A stretch of 64,000 nt of DNA from an uncultured delta proteobacterium (GTDB lineage Bacteria; Desulfobacterota; Desulfobacteria; Desulfobacterales; Desulfatirhabdiaceae). Each line of letters begins with the position of its first letter. The first letter of the stretch is position 1. A program made the translations under genes and the position numbers. Under the pieces are notes generated by a model. It did no database searches. It was not told where the DNA came from and worked only from the letters and a program-made list of their open reading frames with translations. Location: contig CAWBKP010000024.1 in the NCBI GenBank assembly GCA_963789395.1, forward strand, positions 96,001-160,000, read 5' to 3'. Below, piece after piece: positions 1 through 9,879 of this stretch.

Positions 1-235
1 TGTAATTTACTGGCTGAAAATAAATCATTATTGTCATATTTTGACTGGAAGACATTGGCAATATAATTCTTAATAAAATACAATTATGTAATGATATAAT
101 CCATAAATATACATTATTGTCATAAAAGCTCTTATATGGGATTCGCAGACGTGGTGATCTTCTTTCTTGATTATGTTTATCTGCAATGATACGAAAACAG
201 GGTTATTGATGACAGGCAAAATGAAGGAGTCGTGA

Positions 236-1351
236 ATGCTTGAAGGATCCGGTGTCAAGAAACTGTTTGCAAACAACTGGGAAAAAATGGCGCTATGGGC
301 GATTCTCATCGGGCTGTTTTATCTTCTGAAGCCTTTTTTCCTGCTGATATTCGAGACGTTTCTGATCACATACGGCACGAGGGTCGTCATTCAATGGGCG
401 GTGGGGCGCCTGAAGATAAACTACCGGCTGGCAGCGGTGATCGTTTTCGTTCTGTTCGTGACGCTGCTCGGAGCAGCCAGCGCCTGGATCGCGCCCAAAC
501 TCATTATCGAGTCCAACCGCATCGTAAAGGATTTTACAGGCAGCGGCGATCAGCAGACCCGGGAGAAGATCAACAAATTTGTCGAGAGCGTAATCGTAAA
601 GGCTGTCGGAGAAGAAAAGGCCAAAACCGTCATCAAATCCGAGGAATATACCGCAATGATGGAGGTTTTGAAGACCGAGTCAACAAAGGCTATTAAAGCG
701 GCATTGCCGCAGGTTCTTGAAACGCTTCTTCACCTGGTCAAGCTCTGCTGGGAGATTCTGTTCACATTGATTCTCGCCATTATTTTTTCATTCATTCTGG
801 TCATGGACTGGCAGAGAATCGCCGGTAAAATGAAGGAACTGGAAAAGAGCCGGATTCGATCCTTTTATATCGGTGCGGCGCCACATCTGCATGCCTTTGG
901 AAATATTCTTGGGAAGGCTTTTACCGCCCAGGCAATTATTGCAACCTGCAACACACTGCTGACCGCAGCCGGCATCTGGTTCTTTCAGGTGCCGAACATC
1001 GCGCTGATCATGACCGTCGTCTTTCTCTGCGGTTTCATTCCCATTCTGGGAACCTTCCTGAGTTCCATTCCGATCATAATCTTTGGAATTCAGGCAGGCG
1101 GGGTTTTGCTGGTTTTTAAGCTTCTGGCACTGATAGCCATCGTTCACGCTTTTGAGGCCTATGTGCTCAATCCGAAGATCACGGGAAACGTTTTGCATGT
1201 GCATCCGATTCTGGTGCTGGTTCTGCTGCTGGTCGGAGAGCGTTTTTTCGGCATCTGGGGAATGGTTGTGGGCGTTCCCATCGGGTACTATGTCATCAGC
1301 GTTCTGACAATGAAAGATGAAAGTCTTGCGGCTGCAGATCCCGTGCTGTGA
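236..1351 (+). CDS. AI-2E family (PerM/TqsA-like) transporter
   Basis: 371-aa multi-TM ORF with C-terminal FIPILG...AFEAYVLNPKITGNVLHVHP...GIWGMVVGVP signature; AAGGAG upstream. Confidence 0.85.
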   Translation: MLEGSGVKKLFANNWEKMALWAILIGLFYLLKPFFLLIFETFLITYGTRVVIQWAVGRLKINYRLAAVIVFVLFVTLLGAASAWIAPKLIIESNRIVKDFTGSGDQQTREKINKFVESVIVKAVGEEKAKTVIKSEEYTAMMEVLKTESTKAIKAALPQVLETLLHLVKLCWEILFTLILAIIFSFILVMDWQRIAGKMKELEKSRIRSFYIGAAPHLHAFGNILGKAFTAQAIIATCNTLLTAAGIWFFQVPNIALIMTVVFLCGFIPILGTFLSSIPIIIFGIQAGGVLLVFKLLALIAIVHAFEAYVLNPKITGNVLHVHPILVLVLLLVGERFFGIWGMVVGVPIGYYVISVLTMKDESLAAADPVL

Positions 1352-1505
1352 GAACGCATCCACGTCACAATGCTCAACACCGCGTGTTATCAACAATGGG
1401 TGTTAAGTCGGTTAGACATCGGAATTCAGAATGAATTTCCGATTTTCCCTGAGCGGACTTTCCATTCAATTAAAATCTATGAGAAATACGGTTTAAGGCA
1501 GGCGC

Positions 1506-3264
1506 ATGGCAAAGGCAGCATCCATTGTTTTTCCGTTTTTACGCTGGTTGCCCCAAGGTTACCGGACGATCCCTGCGGTCCGATCTTTTGGCAGGCATTA
1601 CCGGGGCCATCATCGTGCTGCCCCAGGGCGTGGCGTTTGCCACCATTGCCGGACTGCCGCCTGAATATGGTCTCTATGCGGCCATGGTTCCGGTTCTGGT
1701 CGCTGCCTTGTTCGGGTCCTCGTTTCACCTTGTTTCCGGGCCGACAACCGCCATTTCCCTGGTCGTCTTTTCCAATATCAGCAAGCTGGCCGTTCCCTTT
1801 GGCCCGGAGTATATTCATCTGGTGCTGACCTTGACCTTCCTGACCGGTATTTTCCAGCTCGTCTTGGGCGCCGCCCGGCTCGGCGGCGTGGTGAATTTCG
1901 TCTCCCACTCGGTAGTGGTGGGATTTACCGCTGGAGCTGCCGTCCTGATTGCAACCAGCCAGATGGGTCATTTTTTTGGGCTGGCTCTGCCGAAAAGCGT
2001 CTCGTTTTTATCGACCTTGATTGATGTGATAGATGCCCTGCCGGCTATCAATCCTTATGTGACTTCAGTTGCAGTGACAACGCTCGTTGTTGCGGCCGCC
2101 ATCAAGTCCTGGCGACCCCATGCGCCGGCCCTGATGGCGGCGATGATTGTCGGCGGTTTGCTGACAGAAATTATTGACGGCGCAGACCACGGCATGAGGC
2201 TTGTCGGGGCATTGCCGGAGCGTTTGCCGCCGCTGTCTCTGCCGAATATTACGCTTGCAGCCATACATGATCTGGTGCCCTGCGCCATGGCAGTGGCCAT
2301 GCTTGGCCTGGCCGAAGCGGTTTCCATCGCCAGGGCCGTAGCGGTCCGTTCCAATCAGAGCATCGACAACAGCCAGGAATTTATCGGCCAGGGGCTGGCG
2401 AACATCGCCGGCAGTTTTTTTTCCGCCTATGTTGGTTCGGGATCATTTACCCGAACCGGAGTCAATTACGAGGCCGGAGCCAAAACTCCTCTGGCCGCTG
2501 CTTTTTCAGCGCTTTTTCTCGTCCTGGTCCTGCTTCTTGTGGCCCCGCTGACAGCATATCTGCCACTGGCTTCGATGGCCGGTGTCATTCTTCTGGTCGC
2601 CTGGCACCTCATCGACTTCGGCAGCATCCGTCGCATCATGGGTACGGATCGCAGTGAAGCCGCCGTTCTGATCCTGACATTTATGGCAACCCTTTTTGTC
2701 CAGCTTGAATTTGCCATATATGCAGGCGTTATCCTCTCGCTCCTGCTCTATCTTCGGCGAACCTCCCATCCCCATTTTATCACCCTGGCCATTGATCCGA
2801 CTGACAGGCGCCGCCGCCTTGTCAACATCCGGGATATGCCTTGTAAGGAATGTCCCCAGTTAAAAATCCTTCGGCTTGACGGCTCCATTTTCTTCGGCGC
2901 GGTGAATCACATCAGCGAAGAACTGCACCACATCATCGATGCCAGTCCGGAACAGTTTCACATCCTCATCGTCGGCAGCGGGATCAACTTTATGGATGCG
3001 GCCGGCTGTCATATGATTTTTCATGAGAACCGGAGTCTCCGGCTGCAAGGCCGCGAGATTTCCCTGTGTTCGCTGAAGCCGGAAGTACTTGACATGCTGA
3101 AGCGGGGCGGATGTCTCGAAAATATGGGCCCCGAACACATTTTTTCATCCAAGGATGAGGCCATTCAGTCCATCGTGTTCCGTCTGGATCCCGAGCGGTG
3201 CGCCGGGTGCACGGTCAGGATTTTTGCCGAATGCGCTAAGCGGCCAGGGGGCGATGCGGTTTGA
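1506..3264 (+). CDS. SulP family anion permease with STAS domain; true start probably ATG 1506 with one indel near 1550
   Basis: DLLAGITGAIIVLPQGVAFA...GLPPEYGLY, GPTTAIS, GSFTRT and STAS LRLDGSIFFG motifs; upstream frame reads MAKAASIVFPFLRWLP, the typical SulP N-terminus. Confidence 0.9.
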
Positions 3265-3458
3265 GCTATACCCCGGTACCCTGAACATCCGAGAATCCAG
3301 GTCTGTAAAGGTAAGATTGCCGTCCGGATTGAAATATCCGTGGTTTGAATATTCAAGACATGCTATATTATTTTGTAAAAACACATCGCGGCGATGGGCC
3401 GGTGGAACTGAATATGGTTTACGGCTTATCATAAACATTTACAAAATCGGAGACAATA

Positions 3459-3740
3459 ATGAGCAAAGCTACAGCACGTCACATTCTGGTAAAGACTCAG
3501 GAACAATGCATTGATATCAAGAATCAGATCGACAAAGGATCTGATTTTGCAGATATGGCCCAAAAACATTCACTCTGTCCGTCTGGAAAGCAGGGAGGGG
3601 CATTGGGAGAATTTTATCCGGGTCAGATGGTGCCGGAATTCGATAAAGTCGTCTTCAGCGAGGAAATCGGCACAGTCCATGGTCCGGTTCAGACCCAGTT
3701 CGGATACCACCTGATTGAAATCACCAGCCGAAGCGCGTAA
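3459..3740 (+). CDS. ppiC: Parvulin-type peptidyl-prolyl cis-trans isomerase
   Basis: ARHILV, SLCPSGKQGGALG, GQMVPEFD, GPVQTQFGYHLI; 93 aa. Confidence 0.95.
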   Translation: MSKATARHILVKTQEQCIDIKNQIDKGSDFADMAQKHSLCPSGKQGGALGEFYPGQMVPEFDKVVFSEEIGTVHGPVQTQFGYHLIEITSRSA

Positions 3741-3750
3741 TCAAGTGTCA

Positions 3751-3778
3751 CGGGCAACACATTGTGGGGTGTTGCCCG
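3751..3778. terminator. Hairpin between convergent ppiC and small ORF, probably a bidirectional terminator
   Basis: CGGGCAACAC-N8-GTGTTGCCCG, perfect 10-bp stem. Confidence 0.6.
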
Positions 3779-3787
3779 ATTGTTGAT

Positions 3788-3892
3788 TCAGGCTTTGTTC
3801 TTGTTTTTTTCTATTTTTTCCTGTTTCTTTTCTTTAGTCGTTTTCTGTGGTTTTTTCTTGTCGCTCTTCCGGATGTCCTTTGATTTTGACAT
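3788..3892 (-). CDS. Small Lys-rich protein (34 aa), not in the ORF track
   Basis: AGGAGG RBS 4 nt upstream of ATG; MSKSKDIRKSDKKKPQKTTKEKKQEKIEKNKNKA*; ends just before the hairpin. Confidence 0.7.
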   Translation of the reverse strand: MSKSKDIRKSDKKKPQKTTKEKKQEKIEKNKNKA

Positions 3893-4078
3893 ACTGCCTC
3901 CTATTTTTTTCTGCCATTCAATGCAATGATTGAGCGCCTCAATCTGAATCAACTGATGAATATTGATTCAGGTCGGCATTATATATTCCCATATTGAAAT
4001 CAAGAAAAGAAAAAAATCAATTTCTTGACATGAAAAAGCCGTTGCGTCGCTTGTTATCGCGGATCGGCAATCCGGTTC

Positions 4079-6211
4079 CTATTTGGATGTCATCACCCAC
4101 ACCCCTTGCCAGCTTTCCGGAGGAGATGCCGCGTAATGACGGCATTTGTCCAGATAACTGGCTGCCGCTGGATCCTTACCGGCGATGGATGCGAACCGCT
4201 TTGCGGCTTCCGTAAAATTGCCGGCGTAAAACAGCCCAAGTCCCATTTCGAAAACCTCCAGCGCGGGTTTACGGTTTTCATAGGTGTCGGGCAACATCGG
4301 CTCATAGACGGTGATGGGTTCCTTGCGGCCGATGACAGCCAGTCGGGCGATTTCACGCGCCGGATAAGCCGATCCGATTTCCTGACGGGTGGACTCGGAG
4401 ATCATGACATAAGTGCCGAATGCTTTGTTGGCGCCTTCAAGCCGGGCTGCCAGGTTGACGGAATCCCCCAGCATCGTGTAGTCGAAACGGCTGTGGGAAC
4501 CCATGTTGCCGACGACTGCAGATCCCGTGTGAATGCCGATCCGCATCTTTAGATCTCTGCCAGCGTGTTTATTAAACTGCGGATTCAAGACAGCCAGCCG
4601 TTCCTGGCAGCGTAGCGCCGCGCGGACCACCCGAAGGGGGTGATCGGTGACCTCAAGCGGCGCATTCCAGAAAGCGATGATGGCATCTCCCTCGAATTTA
4701 TCAACTGTACCGGCTTCTTCGTGAATGATGTCGGTCATGGCTGATAAATATGCGTTCAGCAGGGACGTCAGGTCTTCCGGGTCCAATTTCTCGGAAATGG
4801 TGGTGAACCCTTCCAGATCGGAAAAAAAGATGGACAGGATCCGCCTCTCCCCGCCAAGACGCAACCGTTCGGGATGCAAAATGAGCTGGTCGATCACTGC
4901 AGGGGACAGGTATTGCTTGAATGCGCCCTGTATAAACCGTTTTTGACGCCCTTCCGTGGCATAATTGATGACAAAAACCAGAAAAAGCGCACCTCCCGTT
5001 GCGATCTCCGGGGCAACCAGGGGCAGGGACCACCCGGTCGCGTACCCGCCCAGCGCGGCAATCACCGGCAAAGTCAGAAAAATGAGGCTTACCAGGACAT
5101 GCCCGAGCGGGCTGCTGAAAACAGAACCGGCCATGCCTGCAACCAGTGCCAAGACCAAAGCAGCGGCCATCCACACGGCAGTCGGGCATTGACGGATGAA
5201 ATTTCCGGACAGCAGGTTGTCCAGGATGGCAGCCTGAATCTCCACGCCCGGGGTGATCCCGTCCACGGGCGTTGGGCGAAGATCAAACAAACCGGGAGCC
5301 GTGAATCCGAACAGAACGAATTTATCACGGAAAGCCCCTGAATCATCAATGGTGGGCTGTTGACCGGAGCTGAGCCGTAGTTCGGATTGAATCACGGCTG
5401 CTGCGCTGAAACTGCGATAGGTTCCGGCAGGTCCGCTGAACCGGAGGATGGCGTCTGCGTCGGTTGAAAGGGGGATGGCCCGGTCCCCGATTGACAGATG
5501 GCCAGCTCCGATGCTGACGGTCGTTGATGGATATGCAGCTAGATATGCCCCAAGGCCAAGGGACGGCATCAGGCGCCCGTCGAACATCGCTGCAATGGTT
5601 GCCTTGCGGTAGATGCCGTCAACATCCGGATTCATCTGGGTGTTGCACAGCACGGTCATGGCACGGGCAAGCTCGGGTATGGGGAAAGTGGCGTGCGGAA
5701 AGACAGGTGGATTTGGACCGATATCATTTGGCAGGATTACGGGAAAGACAGGTTCCGGTGTTCCATCGGGCCAGGCAGTCAGGCTGCCGGTTTCGATGCC
5801 GAGAGCCACCGCGCCGGCAGTTCGGCCATAGTCGGTCAGTGCCCTGGCAAGGACGGCATCATCTGCAACACCATAGGCCGAGGGTTCGGTAAAGAGGACA
5901 TCCACTGCCAGGGACCGGGCGCCCTGGCGCTGGCAGTATGCGATGATGGCGGCATAAACTTCCCTGGGCCAGGGCCAGCTGAGGCCATTTTCCTTCTGAG
6001 CCCAGTCCAGGCTGGCCTGGTCCAGGAGGATCAGGGTGATCTGATCGCTTTCCGGGCTTGGCCTGGCCAGGATTTTGGCGCGCCAGTCCCAGGTGATGGC
6101 TTCCCAGCGGACCAGAGCTCCGGCAGCCCATAACCCGGCTGCCAGGGCAGCTCCGGCCAAACCCGATGCCAGCCCCAGAAGCAGTTTTCGGGTAAAGGGG
6201 GAAAAACGCAT
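4079..6211 (-). CDS. CHASE2-domain class III adenylate cyclase
   Basis: CHASE2 motifs WPWPR, DVLFTEPS, DVDGIYR, PGVEIQA; 3 TM helices; cyclase FSDLEGFT, DKFEGDA, DYTMLGDSVNLAARLE. Confidence 0.93.
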   Translation of the reverse strand: MRFSPFTRKLLLGLASGLAGAALAAGLWAAGALVRWEAITWDWRAKILARPSPESDQITLILLDQASLDWAQKENGLSWPWPREVYAAIIAYCQRQGARSLAVDVLFTEPSAYGVADDAVLARALTDYGRTAGAVALGIETGSLTAWPDGTPEPVFPVILPNDIGPNPPVFPHATFPIPELARAMTVLCNTQMNPDVDGIYRKATIAAMFDGRLMPSLGLGAYLAAYPSTTVSIGAGHLSIGDRAIPLSTDADAILRFSGPAGTYRSFSAAAVIQSELRLSSGQQPTIDDSGAFRDKFVLFGFTAPGLFDLRPTPVDGITPGVEIQAAILDNLLSGNFIRQCPTAVWMAAALVLALVAGMAGSVFSSPLGHVLVSLIFLTLPVIAALGGYATGWSLPLVAPEIATGGALFLVFVINYATEGRQKRFIQGAFKQYLSPAVIDQLILHPERLRLGGERRILSIFFSDLEGFTTISEKLDPEDLTSLLNAYLSAMTDIIHEEAGTVDKFEGDAIIAFWNAPLEVTDHPLRVVRAALRCQERLAVLNPQFNKHAGRDLKMRIGIHTGSAVVGNMGSHSRFDYTMLGDSVNLAARLEGANKAFGTYVMISESTRQEIGSAYPAREIARLAVIGRKEPITVYEPMLPDTYENRKPALEVFEMGLGLFYAGNFTEAAKRFASIAGKDPAAASYLDKCRHYAASPPESWQGVWVMTSK

Positions 6212-6212
6212 C

Positions 6213-7163
6213 TCAGACGTGTTTCATGGCTGTTTGAAAACGCTTCTGGCGCGCCTTGTTTTCCATGACGGGCGAGGCAGATCCAATGAGCGGTTCTATT
6301 TCCGAGATCCTGCTTTCCGGGCTGGGATGGGTGCTGGCAAAGTCCGGCCGATCAGCAACCAGTTTCGTCTTCATGGTCTCCAGCATATCCACCAGACCCT
6401 CGGGGTTATAACCCACCCGTCGCATGAGTATTACCGCCGTTTCGTCGGCCTCTTCCTCATAGGCTCTGGAATATCCCGAATTGATCAGAGTCTGGGTAAT
6501 GTCGTTGATGGAACCTTCAAAAGCCTTGGTCAGATTGGCCAATTCCTGGCCGCCTAAGGTTTTTGCGCTTTCAGCCCCTATGATGAGAAGCGCCTGGGTG
6601 ATGCGGGAATTTTGTATGGCCCTCAGCCCGTGTTTGCCCTGAACATGTCCGATTTCGTGTGCCAATACCGCGGCGACAGCCGTCTCGTTGGAACAGCATT
6701 CCAGGATACCGCGGGTCACAAAGATCAGTCCGCCGGGAGCAGCCAGAGCGTTTATTTCATGTGAATCCAATATCAGAAAATGATATCCGGCAAAGGTTTC
6801 CGGCATGTCTGATGCCCGTGCCAGGGTTTGACCCACCTGATTCATGTAATGGTTGGCAGCGGCATCCGGATAGGCGGGATATTTATCCAGGATCACGGCG
6901 CCGATGCTTCGCCCGATGTAGTATTCCTGCTGGGGAGTGATATCTTCAACTGACTTGCTGACTGCAGTTGTGGTCTTCACGATGGAGTCGGCGTGATCCT
7001 GGGTGATCAGGCCGGTCGCAGTACCTATCTCGGTTCCGACCCGGGTGACTTCCTCAAGCGCCCTGCATCCGGTCAGGACAGCAGGCAAAAATGATCCTGC
7101 ACCCAGGGCAACCGACCACCTGGCTGCATTCTGTAGGAATTTCCGTCGATCCTGAAGGTTCAT
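6213..7163 (-). CDS. M48-family metallopeptidase, probable Tat-exported lipoprotein
   Basis: DRRKFL twin-arginine motif, LTGC lipobox, INALAAPGG, HEIGH, EEEAD, STHP. Confidence 0.9.
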   Translation of the reverse strand: MNLQDRRKFLQNAARWSVALGAGSFLPAVLTGCRALEEVTRVGTEIGTATGLITQDHADSIVKTTTAVSKSVEDITPQQEYYIGRSIGAVILDKYPAYPDAAANHYMNQVGQTLARASDMPETFAGYHFLILDSHEINALAAPGGLIFVTRGILECCSNETAVAAVLAHEIGHVQGKHGLRAIQNSRITQALLIIGAESAKTLGGQELANLTKAFEGSINDITQTLINSGYSRAYEEEADETAVILMRRVGYNPEGLVDMLETMKTKLVADRPDFASTHPSPESRISEIEPLIGSASPVMENKARQKRFQTAMKHV

Positions 7164-7592
7164 AGCGCACCTCCCGCGGGCGACAAGTCCCCCTCCTTGA
7201 GAAATTGACGAATTTCCTGATCGGTAATGACGTACTTCTCCATGCGGTCAACCCAGGTGAAATTCAAATTGGGGTGGTTATGTCTTGAATTCCTTCTCGA
7301 CATCGGCGCTGAACCCCTTCCCGGCCAGGGCTACCTCTTTCTGGGAGGCGGTCTTGCGGACATCGGCACTTCCGGAACGCAGAACGATTTCCTTTTCAGT
7401 CAGTGCCGAGCTGTGAATCCATCCGGTCAGCTGCCCCCCTTTGGCAGAGACAAAAAACCACGGATCCTGCTGTTTGATTACAGTAACCGACTCGCCATAG
7501 GCAACCGATCCGAGAACTTTCCCCAGAAAGGACGGATCAGCCCGAAGTTTTCCGTCCTGAATTTGAACGTTCATCTTTTGGTTTAGAGCCAT
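7160..7592 (-). CDS. Bacterial SH3-domain protein (one indel near 7280)
   Basis: LRADPSFLGKVLGSVAYGESVTV...GWIHSSAL; continues in shifted frame NHPNLNFTWVDRMEK...EGDLSPAGGAL*; stop overlaps the M48 ATG (ATGA). Confidence 0.8.
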
Positions 7593-7603
7593 GAGATATC
7601 TCC

Positions 7604-7819
7604 TTATACGTCACATTTGACTTCCTGCGTGGAACCCGGACCTGCCAAAGGTCTGAAACACTTTTTACTGGCCCCGCAGATCGGGCACTTCCACGCATCA
7701 TGCAAATCTTCAAAACGGGTTCCCTTGGCAATCTTTCCTTTTTTGTCACCCTTGTCCGGATTGTAGATATAGCCGCAGTTGACAGTCTGGCACTGCCACA
7801 TGTCTTCTGGATTTGCCAT
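7604..7819 (-). CDS. Rubredoxin (CX4C...CPXC type)
   Basis: [18 protein letters not shown]...[18 protein letters not shown]. Confidence 0.9.
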   Translation of the reverse strand: MANPEDMWQCQTVNCGYIYNPDKGDKKGKIAKGTRFEDLHDAWKCPICGASKKCFRPLAGPGSTQEVKCDV

Positions 7820-7890
7820 GGTTTTTCTCCTTGTCTGTTTTGTCTGTTATATCCTGTCAATGTATTTCATAGCCGACATTTCGCTTCTCT

Positions 7891-9879
7891 TCAATGAATT
7901 TTTTCCATCTGGTTCAACATGTAGTAAAATCCGTTTCGTGACATCAACGACTCATGGGTTCCGGATTCGATGATCCGGCCTTTCTTCATTACCAGAATCT
8001 GATTCGCCAGCCTGGCGGTGGACAGCCGATGTGCTATGATAATGGCGGTTCTTCCTGTCATTAGATTGACCAGGGCTTTCTGGATTTTCTGCTCGGTCTG
8101 GGAGTCGATATAGGAGGTGGCCTCATCCAGGATAATCAACTCCGGATTTCGGGCAAACGCCCTTGCGATGGAAATGAGCTGCCGCTCTCCGCTCGATATG
8201 GAGGCGCCGCCTTCGGACAAACGCGTGTCCAGCCCATGGGGAAGTCTTCCCACGATTTCTTTGCAGTTGGCTGCCGCTACAACAGCTTCCAGATCGGTAT
8301 CGGTAAGCCCTTTGGCGCCATGCAGAATATTTTCCCGGATGGTTTCGGAAAAGAGAAACGGATCCTGGGTGACGAGTGCGATTCTGGATCTGAGCGTCTC
8401 GGAAGGCATGCTCCGGATATCCCTGCCGTTGACCTGGATCTGACCTGCATCCGGCGTGTAGAAACGGGTGATCAGATTCATCAGGGTGGTTTTCCCGGAC
8501 CCGGTCGGCCCGACAATGGCGAGTGTATCGCCGGCATCCATATGAAAGGATATGTTCTTTAATACCGGCTCGCCCTTGACATAACTAAAGCTGATATCCT
8601 TGGCTTCCAGGGATGAGATACCGGAGAGGGGTTCTTCGGCAGTCGGGGATAACGGCCCAGTTCCATGAAAGACCCGGGGCGCGTCTTTTTCCGTGTTATC
8701 CAGAATTTGAAACAGCCGCTCCGCCGACGACATGGCGTTTTGCAGAATATTGTATTTTTCGGCGATGTCCCGGATGGGCCGAAAAAACATTTTGATATAG
8801 GCGATAAAGGCCGTAAGCGCGCCGATGGTAATCTGGTCCGACAAGACGCGAACGCCGCCGAAATAAATGATAATGGCCACAGCGGTGATTCCCAGAATCT
8901 CGATAACCGGCATGAATAAAGCAAATACATGAACCTGCCGCATGCCGGCCATATAGTATTCGTGATTTGTTTTCTCAAATTTACGATAATTGACGGCTTC
9001 CAGGCGAAAGAGCTGAATGACCTTCATGCCGGTGATGGTTTCGGAAAAGTGGGCGTTGATTTCCGCGGTTTTGGTCCGGATGATGCGAAACGCATCCCTG
9101 GCCTGACTGGAATAGTGAATGGAAAAAAATACGACACCCGGCAGCACCACAAATGCGATCATGGCCAGACGCCAGTTCATGTTGATCAAAATGATCGTAA
9201 TTCCGCCAAGCAGAAATAAATCCTTGAACACAAAGGCAATGACGGATGTAAACATTTCCTGCATGTTCTGAACATCGTTGGTGGTGCGGGTCACCAGCCG
9301 GGCAACAGGATTCTGGTTGAAATAGCTCACCGGCATATCCTGAATATGGGTAAAGAGCTTCATGCGAAAATCGTGCATGATTTTCTGGCCCGTATATTCC
9401 ATGATCACCTGCTGGGAAAAATTGAGAAGAAAATCAAGGACAATGATGCCCAGAAAAATGGCGGCAAGCAGGGAAATACCGGAAAGGTCCTGTTTTCGAA
9501 GGGTCTTCAGATCGTGCGTGGAAAGCTTATCGAGCCGGCTGTATGCAATCACGGCTGTCGAGCCGGAAACGGCGAAAAGTTCCGGATAACGCTGTACAAT
9601 TTCCGCGGCTTCCTTGCCGGCGATATCCACGGTAAGATAACGGGTTTCCGGGGAATGCGACATTTCAATTCCGGTTTTGGGGACAATGTACCGGTCGATG
9701 GCAATCTTGGTGAGATAGGGCAGCGAGAGATCCAGAAGGGTAATGGCCATCGCCATGAGGATTGAAAATGCCAGCATCAGCCGGTAAGGGCTCACATAGG
9801 GATAAAGCTGCCACAGCAGTTTGATATCATGGGACTGATCCAGCTGTTTTTCTTCAAAGAATCCGGCGTTCGTTTGCAT
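7891..9879 (-). CDS. ABC exporter permease/ATPase, heterodimer subunit 2 (MdlB/YheH-like)
   Basis: TMD plus GPTGSGKT, ISSGERQ, ILDEATS, AHRLST; probable start MQTNAG at 9879 overlapping the upstream gene. Confidence 0.9.
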   Translation of the reverse strand: MQTNAGFFEEKQLDQSHDIKLLWQLYPYVSPYRLMLAFSILMAMAITLLDLSLPYLTKIAIDRYIVPKTGIEMSHSPETRYLTVDIAGKEAAEIVQRYPELFAVSGSTAVIAYSRLDKLSTHDLKTLRKQDLSGISLLAAIFLGIIVLDFLLNFSQQVIMEYTGQKIMHDFRMKLFTHIQDMPVSYFNQNPVARLVTRTTNDVQNMQEMFTSVIAFVFKDLFLLGGITIILINMNWRLAMIAFVVLPGVVFFSIHYSSQARDAFRIIRTKTAEINAHFSETITGMKVIQLFRLEAVNYRKFEKTNHEYYMAGMRQVHVFALFMPVIEILGITAVAIIIYFGGVRVLSDQITIGALTAFIAYIKMFFRPIRDIAEKYNILQNAMSSAERLFQILDNTEKDAPRVFHGTGPLSPTAEEPLSGISSLEAKDISFSYVKGEPVLKNISFHMDAGDTLAIVGPTGSGKTTLMNLITRFYTPDAGQIQVNGRDIRSMPSETLRSRIALVTQDPFLFSETIRENILHGAKGLTDTDLEAVVAAANCKEIVGRLPHGLDTRLSEGGASISSGERQLISIARAFARNPELIILDEATSYIDSQTEQKIQKALVNLMTGRTAIIIAHRLSTARLANQILVMKKGRIIESGTHESLMSRNGFYYMLNQMEKIH

